From Vulcanimicrobiota bacterium (GTDB lineage Bacteria; Vulcanimicrobiota; Vulcanimicrobiia; Vulcanimicrobiales; Vulcanimicrobiaceae), in NCBI GenBank assembly GCA_963777315.1, contig CAVZQC010000002.1, forward strand, positions 128,001 to 192,000: a DNA stretch of 64,000 nt, written 5' to 3'. How positions within the stretch are numbered: the stretch's first letter is position 1; every line of letters begins with the position of its first letter. The notes below the pieces were generated by a model, which was given only the letters and a program-made list of their open reading frames with translations, was not told the origin of the DNA and did not search any database. The position numbers and the translations under genes are program-made. Of this stretch, positions 34,376-44,215 are shown piece by piece.

Positions 34376-35782
34376 ATGGCCGCGACGCTGCTGCGCGGCG
34401 TGCCCGGCTCGGCTCAAAACCTGCGCGTTCCGCTTACGGGACATCGCGCGCGCCCCATCGCCGCATCGACGCTGTTTCACACGCTGTTCTCGGATTTTTT
34501 CAGCGAGGGCGACGGCACGACCTACGTTCAGACCGGCGACATTCCCGCAATGTGGCTGCGTGATTCGTCCGCCCAGACGATTCCGTACGTGCGCTTTGCC
34601 GCCGCTTATCCGATTTTGGCCGTACGGTTCGGCGGCGTCATCGCGCGCAATGCGCGCAACATCGCAGCGGATCCCTACGCCAATGCCTTTCGCGCCGATT
34701 ACGGCGTTTGGGAAGAGAAGTGGGAACCCGATTCGCTGGCGTGGCCGGTACTGCTCACGTGGATGTACTGGAATCAAACGCACGCGGCCGGTTTATTCGG
34801 CCGCGACCTGCACAAGGCGCTTCGGACGGTCGTCGACACGCTGCGCTGCGAGCAGCTGCACGCAGCATGCAGCCGGTATCGTTATCCGTACCCGCAAAGC
34901 ACGCACGACGAATACAATCCGGACACCGGCATGGTATGGAGTGCGTTCCGCCCATCCGACGATCCCGTGGAATACCGCTTCAACATTCCGCAGGAAGCGA
35001 TCGTCGCCGTCGCTTTGCAGGAGATAGCCGAGCTCGCCGTTGCCGGATACGGCGACGCTGACCTGGCCAACGAAGCTTCGTCGATGGCAGCGCAGGTGCA
35101 AACCGGCATCGAGCGCTACGGCAGAATCTGGCGCGCCGACTTGGGCGGGTGGGCATACGTCTACGAAACGGACGGACTTGGGCGCTACTCGCTCATGGAC
35201 GACGCGAATCTGCCCAATCTTACCGCTCTGCCGGCACTGGCGTGGTGCTCGGCGACCGATCCGGTGTACCTCAATACGCGCGCCTACACGCTGTCCAAAC
35301 GCAATCCGTACTATTTCAGCGGAACGTATGCCGAAGGTTTGGGCAGTCCCCACACGCCGGCCGGATACGTGTGGCCGCTGGGAATCATCTCACGCGCTTT
35401 GACGGCCAGCTCCGGACGCGAAACGGCGGAAGGCATTACGACGCTGGCGGAAACCGACAGCGGCGACGGATTGATTCACGAAAGCTTTTACCCCGGCGGA
35501 TACTGGCGGTTCACCCGCGCGGAGTTCGGGTGGGCCAACGCGTTTTACGCCGAATTGGTGTTTCGCAGCGTGGCGGGGTTTCCGGCGCCGCCGCTGCTGC
35601 CTCAAAATCGCACCGCGACGCCGTTCGAGCTGCTGAGCCAGACGCCCACGCTCACGCATCCGCTGGCACAGATCGTCAACACCGGTCTGGTTTACGACGC
35701 GCTCTCGACCCTGCTCGCGCAAGCCGACGGCCATACGATCATTCCGCGCGAAAGCGCCATCATCAAGAAAACGGCTCAATAG
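34376..35782 (+). CDS. GH125 metal-independent alpha-mannosidase (start may be ATT 34343)
   Basis: TGDIPAMWLRDS, EKWEPDSL, FRPSDD, MDDAN, GSPH, HESF, FGWAN. Confidence 0.9.
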   Translation: MAATLLRGVPGSAQNLRVPLTGHRARPIAASTLFHTLFSDFFSEGDGTTYVQTGDIPAMWLRDSSAQTIPYVRFAAAYPILAVRFGGVIARNARNIAADPYANAFRADYGVWEEKWEPDSLAWPVLLTWMYWNQTHAAGLFGRDLHKALRTVVDTLRCEQLHAACSRYRYPYPQSTHDEYNPDTGMVWSAFRPSDDPVEYRFNIPQEAIVAVALQEIAELAVAGYGDADLANEASSMAAQVQTGIERYGRIWRADLGGWAYVYETDGLGRYSLMDDANLPNLTALPALAWCSATDPVYLNTRAYTLSKRNPYYFSGTYAEGLGSPHTPAGYVWPLGIISRALTASSGRETAEGITTLAETDSGDGLIHESFYPGGYWRFTRAEFGWANAFYAELVFRSVAGFPAPPLLPQNRTATPFELLSQTPTLTHPLAQIVNTGLVYDALSTLLAQADGHTIIPRESAIIKKTAQ

Positions 35783-35795
35783 CGCGGCGCAACGG

Positions 35796-36515
35796 TCAGC
35801 TGCCGAAGCGCCGCTGCCGCGCGGCGAAATCGCGCACGATTTCCGCGAAGTGATCCGCGGTGAAATCCGGCCACATCAGCGGCAAGGTGAAGATCTCGGT
35901 GTAGGCGAGCTGATACAGCAGGAAGTTCGAGATCCGAAACTCGCCGCCGGTTCGGATCAGCACGTCCGGATCGGGCGTATCCGGGGCGTACATGCGCGCG
36001 CGAAGCGTGCTTTCGTCGACGGCATCGGGCGCGAGCGTTCCGGCGGCGACGTCGCCCGCAATCGATCGCGCGGCGCGCACGATCTCGGCGCGCCCGCTGT
36101 AGTTGAGCGCCAGCGTGAGGGTAAGGCGAGCGTTCATTTCGGTGGCGCGCACGAGCCGTTCCAAGCCTTCTCGCGCGGACGGCGCAAACGGTTCAACGTT
36201 CCCCACGATCCTCACCCGAACGCCCCGGCGTGACAGCGCGCGCTGCTCGCTGCGCGAAAACCACGCGCACAGCCGCATGAGCAGATCGATTTCCGAACAG
36301 TCGCGCTGCCAGTTTTCCGTCGAAAAGCCGTACACCGTAAGGTCGCGCACGTTTGCATCGAGAGCACCCCGAACGGCCGCCCGCAATGCTGCGATTCCGC
36401 GCCGGTAGCCGTGCGCTATCGAAAGGCCGCGCATGGAAGCCCAGCGGCGATTGCCGTCCATGATGATCGCGACATGGGCGGGGCAAACGCGTTCGACCGG
36501 GGCTTTGAGCGCCAT
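35796..36515 (-). CDS. uppS: Polyprenyl (undecaprenyl) diphosphate synthase
   Basis: IMDGNRRW, FSTENW, LNYSGR, IRTGGEFRISNF, WPDF. Confidence 0.93.
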   Translation of the reverse strand: MALKAPVERVCPAHVAIIMDGNRRWASMRGLSIAHGYRRGIAALRAAVRGALDANVRDLTVYGFSTENWQRDCSEIDLLMRLCAWFSRSEQRALSRRGVRVRIVGNVEPFAPSAREGLERLVRATEMNARLTLTLALNYSGRAEIVRAARSIAGDVAAGTLAPDAVDESTLRARMYAPDTPDPDVLIRTGGEFRISNFLLYQLAYTEIFTLPLMWPDFTADHFAEIVRDFAARQRRFGS

Positions 36516-36590
36516 TTGTTACTTTGTACCACAAAGTAATGCGGCGTGCCAAGCGGGACGGGACCGCCTCGTCGCCAACCAGTGCGCCTC

Positions 36591-39500
36591 ATGGACCACG
36601 GGTATTACCGCTACGCCGCCCTCGCGGGCGACCGAATCGTTTTCGTGTGCGAGGACGACCTGTGGTCCGCTGCGCTCGAAGGCGGCCCGGCGCACCGGCT
36701 CACCGCCACGGCCGGCGCCTGCAGCACGCCGCGGCCATCGCCGGACGGTTCGCAGATCGCCTTCATCGCCAACGACGAAGCGCATCCCGAGCTCTACGTC
36801 ATGCCGGCCGAAGGCGGACGCCCCCGCCGTCTCACCTACTTAGGCGGCACCAGCGCAACGGCGTGCGCGTGGAGCGCCGACGGCGCACAGATTCTGTTCG
36901 CCGCGAATCCCAACGCATGGTATCTGCGCGAAACCAGGGGTTTTGCCGTTGCTGCCGGCGGCGGCTCGCCGCGCGAGCTCGGCCTTGGACACCTCAAGAC
37001 GCTCTTCCCCGGCCCGGGCGCAGCCCTGGTCATCGGCCGCAACGAAACGGACCCCGCGCGCTGGAAACGCTACCGCGGCGGCACGTCCGGCGAAGTGTGG
37101 ATCGATCGCAGCGGCAGCGGCGAATTCGAAAAACTGGCGCTGCCCGACGGCAACCCGGTTTGGCCGATGTGGATCGGCGAGCGCATTTTTTTCCTGGCCG
37201 ACCATCAAGGGATCGGAAACATCTATTCGTGCGCGCTCGACGGCAGCGACGTCACGCGCCACACGAACCACAGCGACTATTACGTGCGTTTTCCGTCAAC
37301 CGACGGCAAGCGAATCGCGTACACCGCGGGCGCAAAGCTCTACTGTTTGGACGTCCACAGCGGCGACGTGCGGGAAATACCGGTGAGCGCCGCGTCGGCC
37401 GCGCCGCAGACTTCCCGCCGCTTTTTGGATGGCTCGGAAGCGCTCGACGAATTCGCGCCTTCGCCCGACGGCACGCGATTGGCGCTGATAGAACGCGGAC
37501 AGCCGTACTGCATGCCGCTGTGGGAAGAGGCGCCGGTGCACCACGGGGCCGGCAGCGCGGTACGCTATCGCAGCATCGGTTGGATGCACGACGGAAAGCG
37601 GTTCGCCACCACCACCGACCAAAACGGCTACGAACAGATCGCAATTCACGATCTGCAAGCGCCGCAAACGCCCAAACTGCTAACCAAAGGCGACATCGGC
37701 CGCATCACCGAGATTGCATGCTCGCCGGCCAACGATCGCATCGCCTTTGCCAATCACCGCTACGAACTCGTGCTCGTCGAAGACGACGGCACGATGCGCG
37801 TGCTCGACAAGGGCCTGGGCAGCCGCATTACGGACCTCGCATTCTCGCCCGACGGACGCTGGCTCGCGTACGTGTGGTCGTCGGGAACCGACGACGCGGC
37901 AATCGTGCGCATCGCCAAATGCAAGTCCGGCAAAGTGTTCGACGCCACGCCGAAGATGCGCACCGACGCAAGTCCCGCCTGGGATCCCGAAGGCAAGTAC
38001 CTCTACTTCATCTCGACGCGCGACTTCGACCCCGTCTACGATGCGCTGCAGTTCGCGCTGAGCTTTCCGCAGGCGGAGCGTCCGTTTCTGCTCACCCTGC
38101 GCGACGACGTTCCCAATCCGTTCGCGCCCAAACCCAAACCGGTGCATCGTGAACACGATCACGAACGCGAAAGCGGCGACGAAGAAAAAAAGCGCATGGA
38201 GCGCGCGCCGCGCATCGAGATCGATTTTGACGGCATCCAAGGCCGAATTTTAGCCTTTCCCGTAGACGAAGGCGAGTACGGTCAGATCGTCGCGGTGCGC
38301 AATCGCGCGCTCTTTACCAAATTCGAAGTCCGCGGGATCAAACCGGGCGATCGCGGCTGGGATGCGCCCGAACCGTCCGGAACGCTTTTGGCGTACGATT
38401 TCGAGCAGCAGCGTTGCGCGACGATCGCCCCGGACGTTTCCCACATCGCTTTGGGCAACGACAGCCACACGCTGGCCTATCGTTCGCACGATAAGCTGCG
38501 CGTAGTCGATGCGCTCAGCGATCTGCCCGAGGAGAACGACGACATCAAGCCGGCCGCCGATCCCGGGCGAAAAAGCGGATGGGTCGATCTGGACCGCATC
38601 AGTCTGGAAATCGAGCCGCGCGACGAATGGCGCCAGATGTACCGCGAAGCGTGGCGCATGCAGACAGAACAGTTTTGGGTCGAAGACATGTCGGACATCG
38701 ATTGGGATCGCGTCTACGATCGCTACGAGGCGCTTCTGCCGCGCGTGCGAACCCGCGCCGAACTCTCCGACGTGATTTGGGAAATGCACGGCGAGCTGGG
38801 AACGTCCCATGCGTACGAAATCGGCGGAGACCTTCGCCGGCCGCCCGAGTACGCCACCGGCTTTTTGGGCGCCGATTTTTCATGGGACGAAGAACGGCAC
38901 GGCTGGCGCATCGATCGCATCTATCGCGGGGATTCGTGGAATCGCGCCGTCGATTCTCCGCTGGCCGAACCGGGACTGCAGATCTCGCAAGGCGACGTTC
39001 TCGTGGCGATCGGCGGAAAGCGCTTGAGCGCGCAGCTCTCGCCGCAACAGGCACTGGTGAATCAGTCAGGCCGCGACGTCGCCGTGGTCGTGCGCGCAAA
39101 CGGCCACGAACGCACCGCTGCGGTCAAGGCGCTCGAGAGCGAACAGCCGCTGCGATATCGCGCATGGGTCGAGTCCAACCGGCGTTACGTGCACGACCAA
39201 ACCGCCGGCAAGATCGGTTACGTGCACATTCCCGACATGGGGCCTTGGGGTTTTTCCGAATTTCACCGCGGGTACTTGAACGAATTCGATCGATCGGGCC
39301 TGATCGTCGACGTGCGGTACAACCGCGGCGGCCACGTTTCGCCGCTGCTCTTGGAGAAATTGGCGCGTAAACGCGTGGGTTACGACTTCTCGCGGTACAG
39401 CAGCAAACCGGTTCCCTATCCGCCCGAATCCGTGGCCGGCCCGATGGTCGCGATCACCAATCAATTCGCGGGCTCGGACGGCGACATCTTCAGCCATTGC

Positions 39501-39827
39501 TTTAAGATCTACAAACTCGGCCCGCTTGTCGGCAAACGTACCTGGGGCGGCGTCATCGGCATCAATCCGTATCACGGCTTGGTGGACGGCACGATCACGA
39601 CGCAACCGGAGTTTTCGTTCTGGTTCAAAGACGTGGGATGGAAAGTCGAAAATTACGGAACCGATACCGACTACGAGGTCGACATCGCTCCGCAGGATTA
39701 CCGCCAAGGGCGCGATCCTCAACTGGACGCCGCGATCCGGCTGATCGCGCAGGCCGCCGAGCATTTCGTGGAGCCCTATCCGGACGTGAGCACCAAGCCG
39801 TCTCTTTCGCTTCCGACGCTGCCCTAG
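36591..39827 (+). CDS. Tricorn protease (S41 family)
   Basis: EDDLW, WKRYRGG, beta-propeller repeats, GELGTSH, PDZ-like region, DVRYNRGG, AGSDGD, RTWGG. Confidence 0.93.
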   Translation: MDHGYYRYAALAGDRIVFVCEDDLWSAALEGGPAHRLTATAGACSTPRPSPDGSQIAFIANDEAHPELYVMPAEGGRPRRLTYLGGTSATACAWSADGAQILFAANPNAWYLRETRGFAVAAGGGSPRELGLGHLKTLFPGPGAALVIGRNETDPARWKRYRGGTSGEVWIDRSGSGEFEKLALPDGNPVWPMWIGERIFFLADHQGIGNIYSCALDGSDVTRHTNHSDYYVRFPSTDGKRIAYTAGAKLYCLDVHSGDVREIPVSAASAAPQTSRRFLDGSEALDEFAPSPDGTRLALIERGQPYCMPLWEEAPVHHGAGSAVRYRSIGWMHDGKRFATTTDQNGYEQIAIHDLQAPQTPKLLTKGDIGRITEIACSPANDRIAFANHRYELVLVEDDGTMRVLDKGLGSRITDLAFSPDGRWLAYVWSSGTDDAAIVRIAKCKSGKVFDATPKMRTDASPAWDPEGKYLYFISTRDFDPVYDALQFALSFPQAERPFLLTLRDDVPNPFAPKPKPVHREHDHERESGDEEKKRMERAPRIEIDFDGIQGRILAFPVDEGEYGQIVAVRNRALFTKFEVRGIKPGDRGWDAPEPSGTLLAYDFEQQRCATIAPDVSHIALGNDSHTLAYRSHDKLRVVDALSDLPEENDDIKPAADPGRKSGWVDLDRISLEIEPRDEWRQMYREAWRMQTEQFWVEDMSDIDWDRVYDRYEALLPRVRTRAELSDVIWEMHGELGTSHAYEIGGDLRRPPEYATGFLGADFSWDEERHGWRIDRIYRGDSWNRAVDSPLAEPGLQISQGDVLVAIGGKRLSAQLSPQQALVNQSGRDVAVVVRANGHERTAAVKALESEQPLRYRAWVESNRRYVHDQTAGKIGYVHIPDMGPWGFSEFHRGYLNEFDRSGLIVDVRYNRGGHVSPLLLEKLARKRVGYDFSRYSSKPVPYPPESVAGPMVAITNQFAGSDGDIFSHCFKIYKLGPLVGKRTWGGVIGINPYHGLVDGTITTQPEFSFWFKDVGWKVENYGTDTDYEVDIAPQDYRQGRDPQLDAAIRLIAQAAEHFVEPYPDVSTKPSLSLPTLP

Positions 39828-39835
39828 CAGGCCTG

Positions 39836-40666
39836 TTAGCGCTCTGGGTTCTTCATGCGCGACACCGGAATGAATCCCAGCTCCGAAAGCAGCTCCTCGT
39901 CGGTGCGCACGAAGTCGATGAAATGCGCCGCCGCCGTGCTCGGGCGGCCGTTGGTCAGCATGAGCTCGTACGACCAAAACGCGTAACGTCCGTTCTCGAC
40001 GTTGGCCCGAGTCGCGGCGACACCGTCGATCGAGACGGCATCTTGGCCCGGTTTGAGGTAGCTCATCGCCAGATACGATGCGGCTCCCGGCGTCTGCGCG
40101 ACCATCGCGGCAACCGTGCCGGATGAATCCTGCGTCAAGCCGCTTTCGGACGGCTGCGCGCCCTTCATGATCTTCTCGACGAAAACTGCGCGCGTGCCTG
40201 AACTGCGCGGCCGGTTCACGATCGTGATCGATTGATTCGAGCCGCCGACCTGGCGCCAGTTCACGATCTTCCCGCTGAAGACGTCGCGAATTTGGCGCAT
40301 CGTGAGGTTCGTCACGCCGGCAGCGGGATTGACGACCACGCCGAACGTGGCAACGGCGATCTTATGAACCATCAGACCGGACTCGTTGAGCGGTACGACG
40401 TCGGAGTCACCGATATCGACGCCCTTTTGCGCGGCTTGCGCGATCCCGGTCATCGAACCGCCGCCCGATACGCTGATCTTGACGTTCGGGTGTTGGGTCT
40501 GATAGTCGATCGCGGCTTGCTTGACCAGCGGCAGCAGCGCGGTCGAGCCGGCAATCGTGATGGAAACCTGGTTTCTTCCAGCCGCGCAAGCGCACAGCGC
40601 GGCGACAAGGCAGAGGGCGAATGCGGCAAACGCGGTTGTGCGCAGCGTCGTTGGGCGTACCGTCAT
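39836..40666 (-). CDS. pstS: Phosphate ABC transporter substrate-binding lipoprotein
   Basis: AGSTAL, GGGSMTG, DIGDSD, RPRSSGTR; lipobox LCAC. Confidence 0.88.
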   Translation of the reverse strand: MTVRPTTLRTTAFAAFALCLVAALCACAAGRNQVSITIAGSTALLPLVKQAAIDYQTQHPNVKISVSGGGSMTGIAQAAQKGVDIGDSDVVPLNESGLMVHKIAVATFGVVVNPAAGVTNLTMRQIRDVFSGKIVNWRQVGGSNQSITIVNRPRSSGTRAVFVEKIMKGAQPSESGLTQDSSGTVAAMVAQTPGAASYLAMSYLKPGQDAVSIDGVAATRANVENGRYAFWSYELMLTNGRPSTAAAHFIDFVRTDEELLSELGFIPVSRMKNPER

Positions 40667-41556
40667 GCAACCGTTGCCAAAATACATTCGAGCAGGCGCG
40701 GATACACGATATCGGTACGAGCGCGCGGATTGTCGGGCTCGATGATGTCGTGGTTGGCGGGCAAATCGGTGAACTCGAATGCCTCGATGCCGGACGGACG
40801 CGCGCGCCGCCACCGGTCCACGACGTTGCGCGCCACGTCGTTGTTGACGGCCGGGTCGCATGCGTTCGTGAGCGTGGCGATCGAGGCGGCGGCATGCGGC
40901 TGGGTTGCGCTAGCGGCGCAGACGTCGTCTCCGACCCGAATGCTCTGGGCCAGCGCCCGCGTGGGAAAGCGCGGATACGCCGTGGCCGGATGCTGATTCT
41001 CCTTAGCGCGCGGGTCCCACCACAAAAAAACGTTGGGCAGTACCAGCATTGCGTGCGAAACGATTGCTCCGGCCCAGTACGGCAGTTTCAGAATTGAAAA
41101 GACCGGCGAGATCGGTACGGCGCGCGCAACGTCGCTGCGGTGCTGGCCGAAATACGCGCTGAGCAACCCGCTGGTCGAAATTCCCGCCACGCAGACGCTC
41201 TCGCCCAGACCGCATGCGATGTCGACGGCTTCCCACGCGCGCGCCAGCAGCGACTCGGCAGTCAAAATCGCCAAACGCCGCGTCATGCGGTCGCGGTATC
41301 CTTGCTGCGGCAAGCGAGGAACGAGCACGTTCGCGCCGCGCTCGAACAGCATCGGTGCGAATTCCCTGTACTGTCCGGGGTGGTTGGTGAATCCGTGCAG
41401 CAGCACCACGGACAGCGGCGTTCGCGCTCCGCGATCGAAGAGGGCAGTGCGCGCCGCAGGCAGGATGCGATCGCCGTCGCGGGCCTGCAGCGCCGCAGCG
41501 CGCGCCAGCGCTTGCGCGTAGGTTCGCGCGGGGTTTACGGCAGGCGCCTGAAGCAC
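40663..41556 (-). CDS. Alpha/beta hydrolase
   Basis: LLHGFT, GISTSG nucleophile elbow, DPAV, HDII; GTG start inferred. Confidence 0.8.
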   Translation of the reverse strand: MLQAPAVNPARTYAQALARAAALQARDGDRILPAARTALFDRGARTPLSVVLLHGFTNHPGQYREFAPMLFERGANVLVPRLPQQGYRDRMTRRLAILTAESLLARAWEAVDIACGLGESVCVAGISTSGLLSAYFGQHRSDVARAVPISPVFSILKLPYWAGAIVSHAMLVLPNVFLWWDPRAKENQHPATAYPRFPTRALAQSIRVGDDVCAASATQPHAAASIATLTNACDPAVNNDVARNVVDRWRRARPSGIEAFEFTDLPANHDIIEPDNPRARTDIVYPRLLECILATVA

Positions 41557-42107
41557 GACGTCACGTGATCGTTCACGAGCCCAGCGGCTTGCATGAACGA
41601 ATAGCAAATCGTCGATCCGACGAATGCAAATCCCCGCGCGCGCAAATCTTTGCTCAGCGCGTTCGAAAGCGGCGAACTGGACGGCACTTGAGTTGCGCTC
41701 CGCCAGCGGTTCTTCACCGGCACGCCGTCGACCAACCGCCACAGATAGGCATCGAAGCTGCCGAACTGGCTTTGCAGCCGCAGTACGGCGCGCGCGTTGC
41801 GGACCGTGCTTTCCACCTTTTGGCGGTTGCGTACGATCCCCGCATCGGTAAGAATCCGCTCGATGCGGCCGGGCGGAAAACGAGCGACGCGGGTGGGATC
41901 GAAACCGGCGAAGAGCTCCCGATAGCGCTGCCGTTTTCTCAAAATCGTTTCCCAGCTCAGGCCGGCCTGAGCGCCTTCCAGGGTGAGCAGCTCGAACAGC
42001 ATGGTATCGTCGTGCACCGGAACGCACCACTCGCGATCGTGGTACTCGATGGCGGCATCGCTCACCGCCCACGCGCAGCGCACGCGCGCATTGCGCTGCG
42101 AGCTCAT
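41535..42107 (-). CDS. tag: DNA-3-methyladenine glycosylase I
   Basis: RCAW, YHDREW, LEGAQAGLSW, FVGSTICYSFMQAAGLVNDH. Confidence 0.95.
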   Translation of the reverse strand: MSSQRNARVRCAWAVSDAAIEYHDREWCVPVHDDTMLFELLTLEGAQAGLSWETILRKRQRYRELFAGFDPTRVARFPPGRIERILTDAGIVRNRQKVESTVRNARAVLRLQSQFGSFDAYLWRLVDGVPVKNRWRSATQVPSSSPLSNALSKDLRARGFAFVGSTICYSFMQAAGLVNDHVTSCFRRLP

Positions 42108-42961
42108 TGCGCGATCAACTCGACCAGCGCCGTCGCCACGCGCTGCGCGACGCCGGGATAGCGTTTGGGTTCGATGATGTCGTGCGCGTACGGCAAATCG
42201 GTAAAGCGAACGACTTGCACGCTGCCCGGTTTGCGCCGCTCCCAATCCCGCGCCAGACGCACGATCGCGCGATTGTTCACCGCCGGCTCGCGCCGGTTGA
42301 TCACCAACACCAACTCGTCGGCCCGCGGGGAATGCCGGGCGGCTGCAGCCAGCAGCTCGTGCGCGAATTCCAGTCCGCGAGCGACTGCGTGCGTGGAGTA
42401 CCGCGGGTAGCCGTGTTCGGGCAGCTGGCGCTCGCGCGCGATTGGGTCCCACCAATAAAACCGGTTCGGGCGCCCGAGCATGAAGCGCGCCAAAATCAGG
42501 CGCAGCCGATTGGGCAGCAGCGATATCCCAAGAAAGGGCGACACCGCGACGATGCGATGCACCGGCTGCGTCTGCCCCACGTGCGCGGCCAGCAGCCCGC
42601 CCAGCGAAAACCCTGCAACGGTAACGTTTTGGCCCAGCCCCTGCGCGATTTGCAGACTATCGGCGGTGCAGGCTTTGAGCTGCGGTGAATTCAGCGTTGC
42701 CAGCGCCTCGGACAACCGGTCGCCGTATCCATGCCGGGGAAGACGCGGAACCAGCACGTTGTGCCCGCGCTCGTGCAGCGCGCTTGCGACGGCGATGAAC
42801 TGGCGCGGGCTGGCGCTTAGCCCGTGAAAGAGCACGATCGCGCGCGCGGTGCGGTGCCCGTGGTCGAAAACGAGCGTGCGTCCCGCATCGCCGATGTAGT
42901 CGCGATCGCGCTCGGTGAAGCGCCGGAGGCGTTCGCGCGCCTGCGCATAGCTGCTGGTCAT
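42104..42961 (-). CDS. Alpha/beta hydrolase, paralog of 40663-41556
   Basis: LFHGL, GFSLGG, WWDP, YPR, HDII. Confidence 0.85.
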   Translation of the reverse strand: MTSSYAQARERLRRFTERDRDYIGDAGRTLVFDHGHRTARAIVLFHGLSASPRQFIAVASALHERGHNVLVPRLPRHGYGDRLSEALATLNSPQLKACTADSLQIAQGLGQNVTVAGFSLGGLLAAHVGQTQPVHRIVAVSPFLGISLLPNRLRLILARFMLGRPNRFYWWDPIARERQLPEHGYPRYSTHAVARGLEFAHELLAAAARHSPRADELVLVINRREPAVNNRAIVRLARDWERRKPGSVQVVRFTDLPYAHDIIEPKRYPGVAQRVATALVELIAQ

Positions 42962-43006
42962 GAAAAAAGGTAGCGAAGCGAACGTTCCTTAAGGAGCCTG
43001 TGAATC

Positions 43007-44215
43007 ATGCACGACGTTCGCAATACCGCAGCCCAGCTCATCGCGCTCGAGGACCGCTTGGGCGCACATAATTACCATCCGCTCGATCTCGTCGTCGAGC
43101 GGGCCGAGGGCGTATGGCTGTACGACGTCGACGGCAAACGTTACTTGGACTGCATCAGCGCGTATTCAGCCGTCAATCAAGGACATTGCCATCCCAAAAT
43201 ACGCGCCGCGCTCGTAGAGCAGGCACAAAAGGTAACGCTCACCTCGCGCGCGGTGCGCAACGATCGCATGCCGGGTTTCTTGCGCGAACTCACGCGCGTT
43301 TGCGGCTACGAGATGGCGCTGCCGATGAACACCGGGGTCGAAGCCGTTGAAACGGCCATAAAGCTGGCGCGGCGGTACGGTTACCAGGTCAAGGGCATCC
43401 CGCAGGACCGCGCCGAGATCGTGGTTTTCACCAATAATTTTCACGGCCGCACGACGGCCGCCATCAGCGCGAGTTCCACGGAGGAATACCGCAGAGGCTT
43501 CGGACCGTTCACGCCCGGTTTCGTTCATGTTCCGTACGGCGACTACGACGCGACCGCAGCGGCGATCGGAGAAAACACGTGCGCCGTTTTGATCGAACCA
43601 ATTCAAGGCGAAGGCGGCGTCATCGTGCCGCCCGACGGATTCCTCAAGCGAGTTTGGGGATTGTGCCGCGAGCACCGGGTGCTTTTCGCGGCCGACGAAA
43701 TCCAAACCGGATTGGGCCGCACCGGCGATCTGTTCGCATGCGATCACGAAGGCGTCAAGCCCGATCTGCTGATCGTCGGTAAAGCGCTGGGCGGAGGTTT
43801 CTACCCCGTCTCCGCAGTCTTGTCGAATCGCGATCTCATGCTGCTGTTTCGTCCCGGCGAACACGGCAGCACGTTCGGCGGCAACCCGCTGGGCTGCGCG
43901 GTCGCAGTTGCCGCGCTCGAAGTCATCGTGCAGGAAAAACTCGCCGCGCGCGCGCGCTATTCCGGAGCGAAGATCATGCAGGCCTTGCGTTCGTCATCGT
44001 CGCCGGCGATAAAAGAAGTGCGCGGCCGCGGACTGCTCATCGGGATCGAGCTTGCCGGCTCCGCCCGCAGGCTTTCGGAAGATCTGCTGGCGCGGGGCGT
44101 TGCCGCCAAAGACACGCACGCAACGGTGCTTCGCATTGCGCCTCCGCTCGTGATCGAAGAGGCGGAAGTCGACTTTTTGCTCGAAACGTTGGACGACGCG
44201 CTCGGCTCCCTCTAG
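43007..44215 (+). CDS. rocD: Ornithine-oxo-acid aminotransferase
   Basis: GAHNYHPL, YSAVNQGHCHP, NFHGRT, EPIQGEGG, DEIQTGLGRTG, GEHGSTFGGNP; AAGGAG RBS. Confidence 0.95.
   Translation: MHDVRNTAAQLIALEDRLGAHNYHPLDLVVERAEGVWLYDVDGKRYLDCISAYSAVNQGHCHPKIRAALVEQAQKVTLTSRAVRNDRMPGFLRELTRVCGYEMALPMNTGVEAVETAIKLARRYGYQVKGIPQDRAEIVVFTNNFHGRTTAAISASSTEEYRRGFGPFTPGFVHVPYGDYDATAAAIGENTCAVLIEPIQGEGGVIVPPDGFLKRVWGLCREHRVLFAADEIQTGLGRTGDLFACDHEGVKPDLLIVGKALGGGFYPVSAVLSNRDLMLLFRPGEHGSTFGGNPLGCAVAVAALEVIVQEKLAARARYSGAKIMQALRSSSSPAIKEVRGRGLLIGIELAGSARRLSEDLLARGVAAKDTHATVLRIAPPLVIEEAEVDFLLETLDDALGSL

Noticed and set aside
42980..42995. Palindromes GAACGTTC and TCCTTAAGGA in the divergent hydrolase/rocD gap (TCCTTAAG also occurs before selD)
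   Set aside because: Short, partly explained by the rocD RBS, and too few instances to support an operator.
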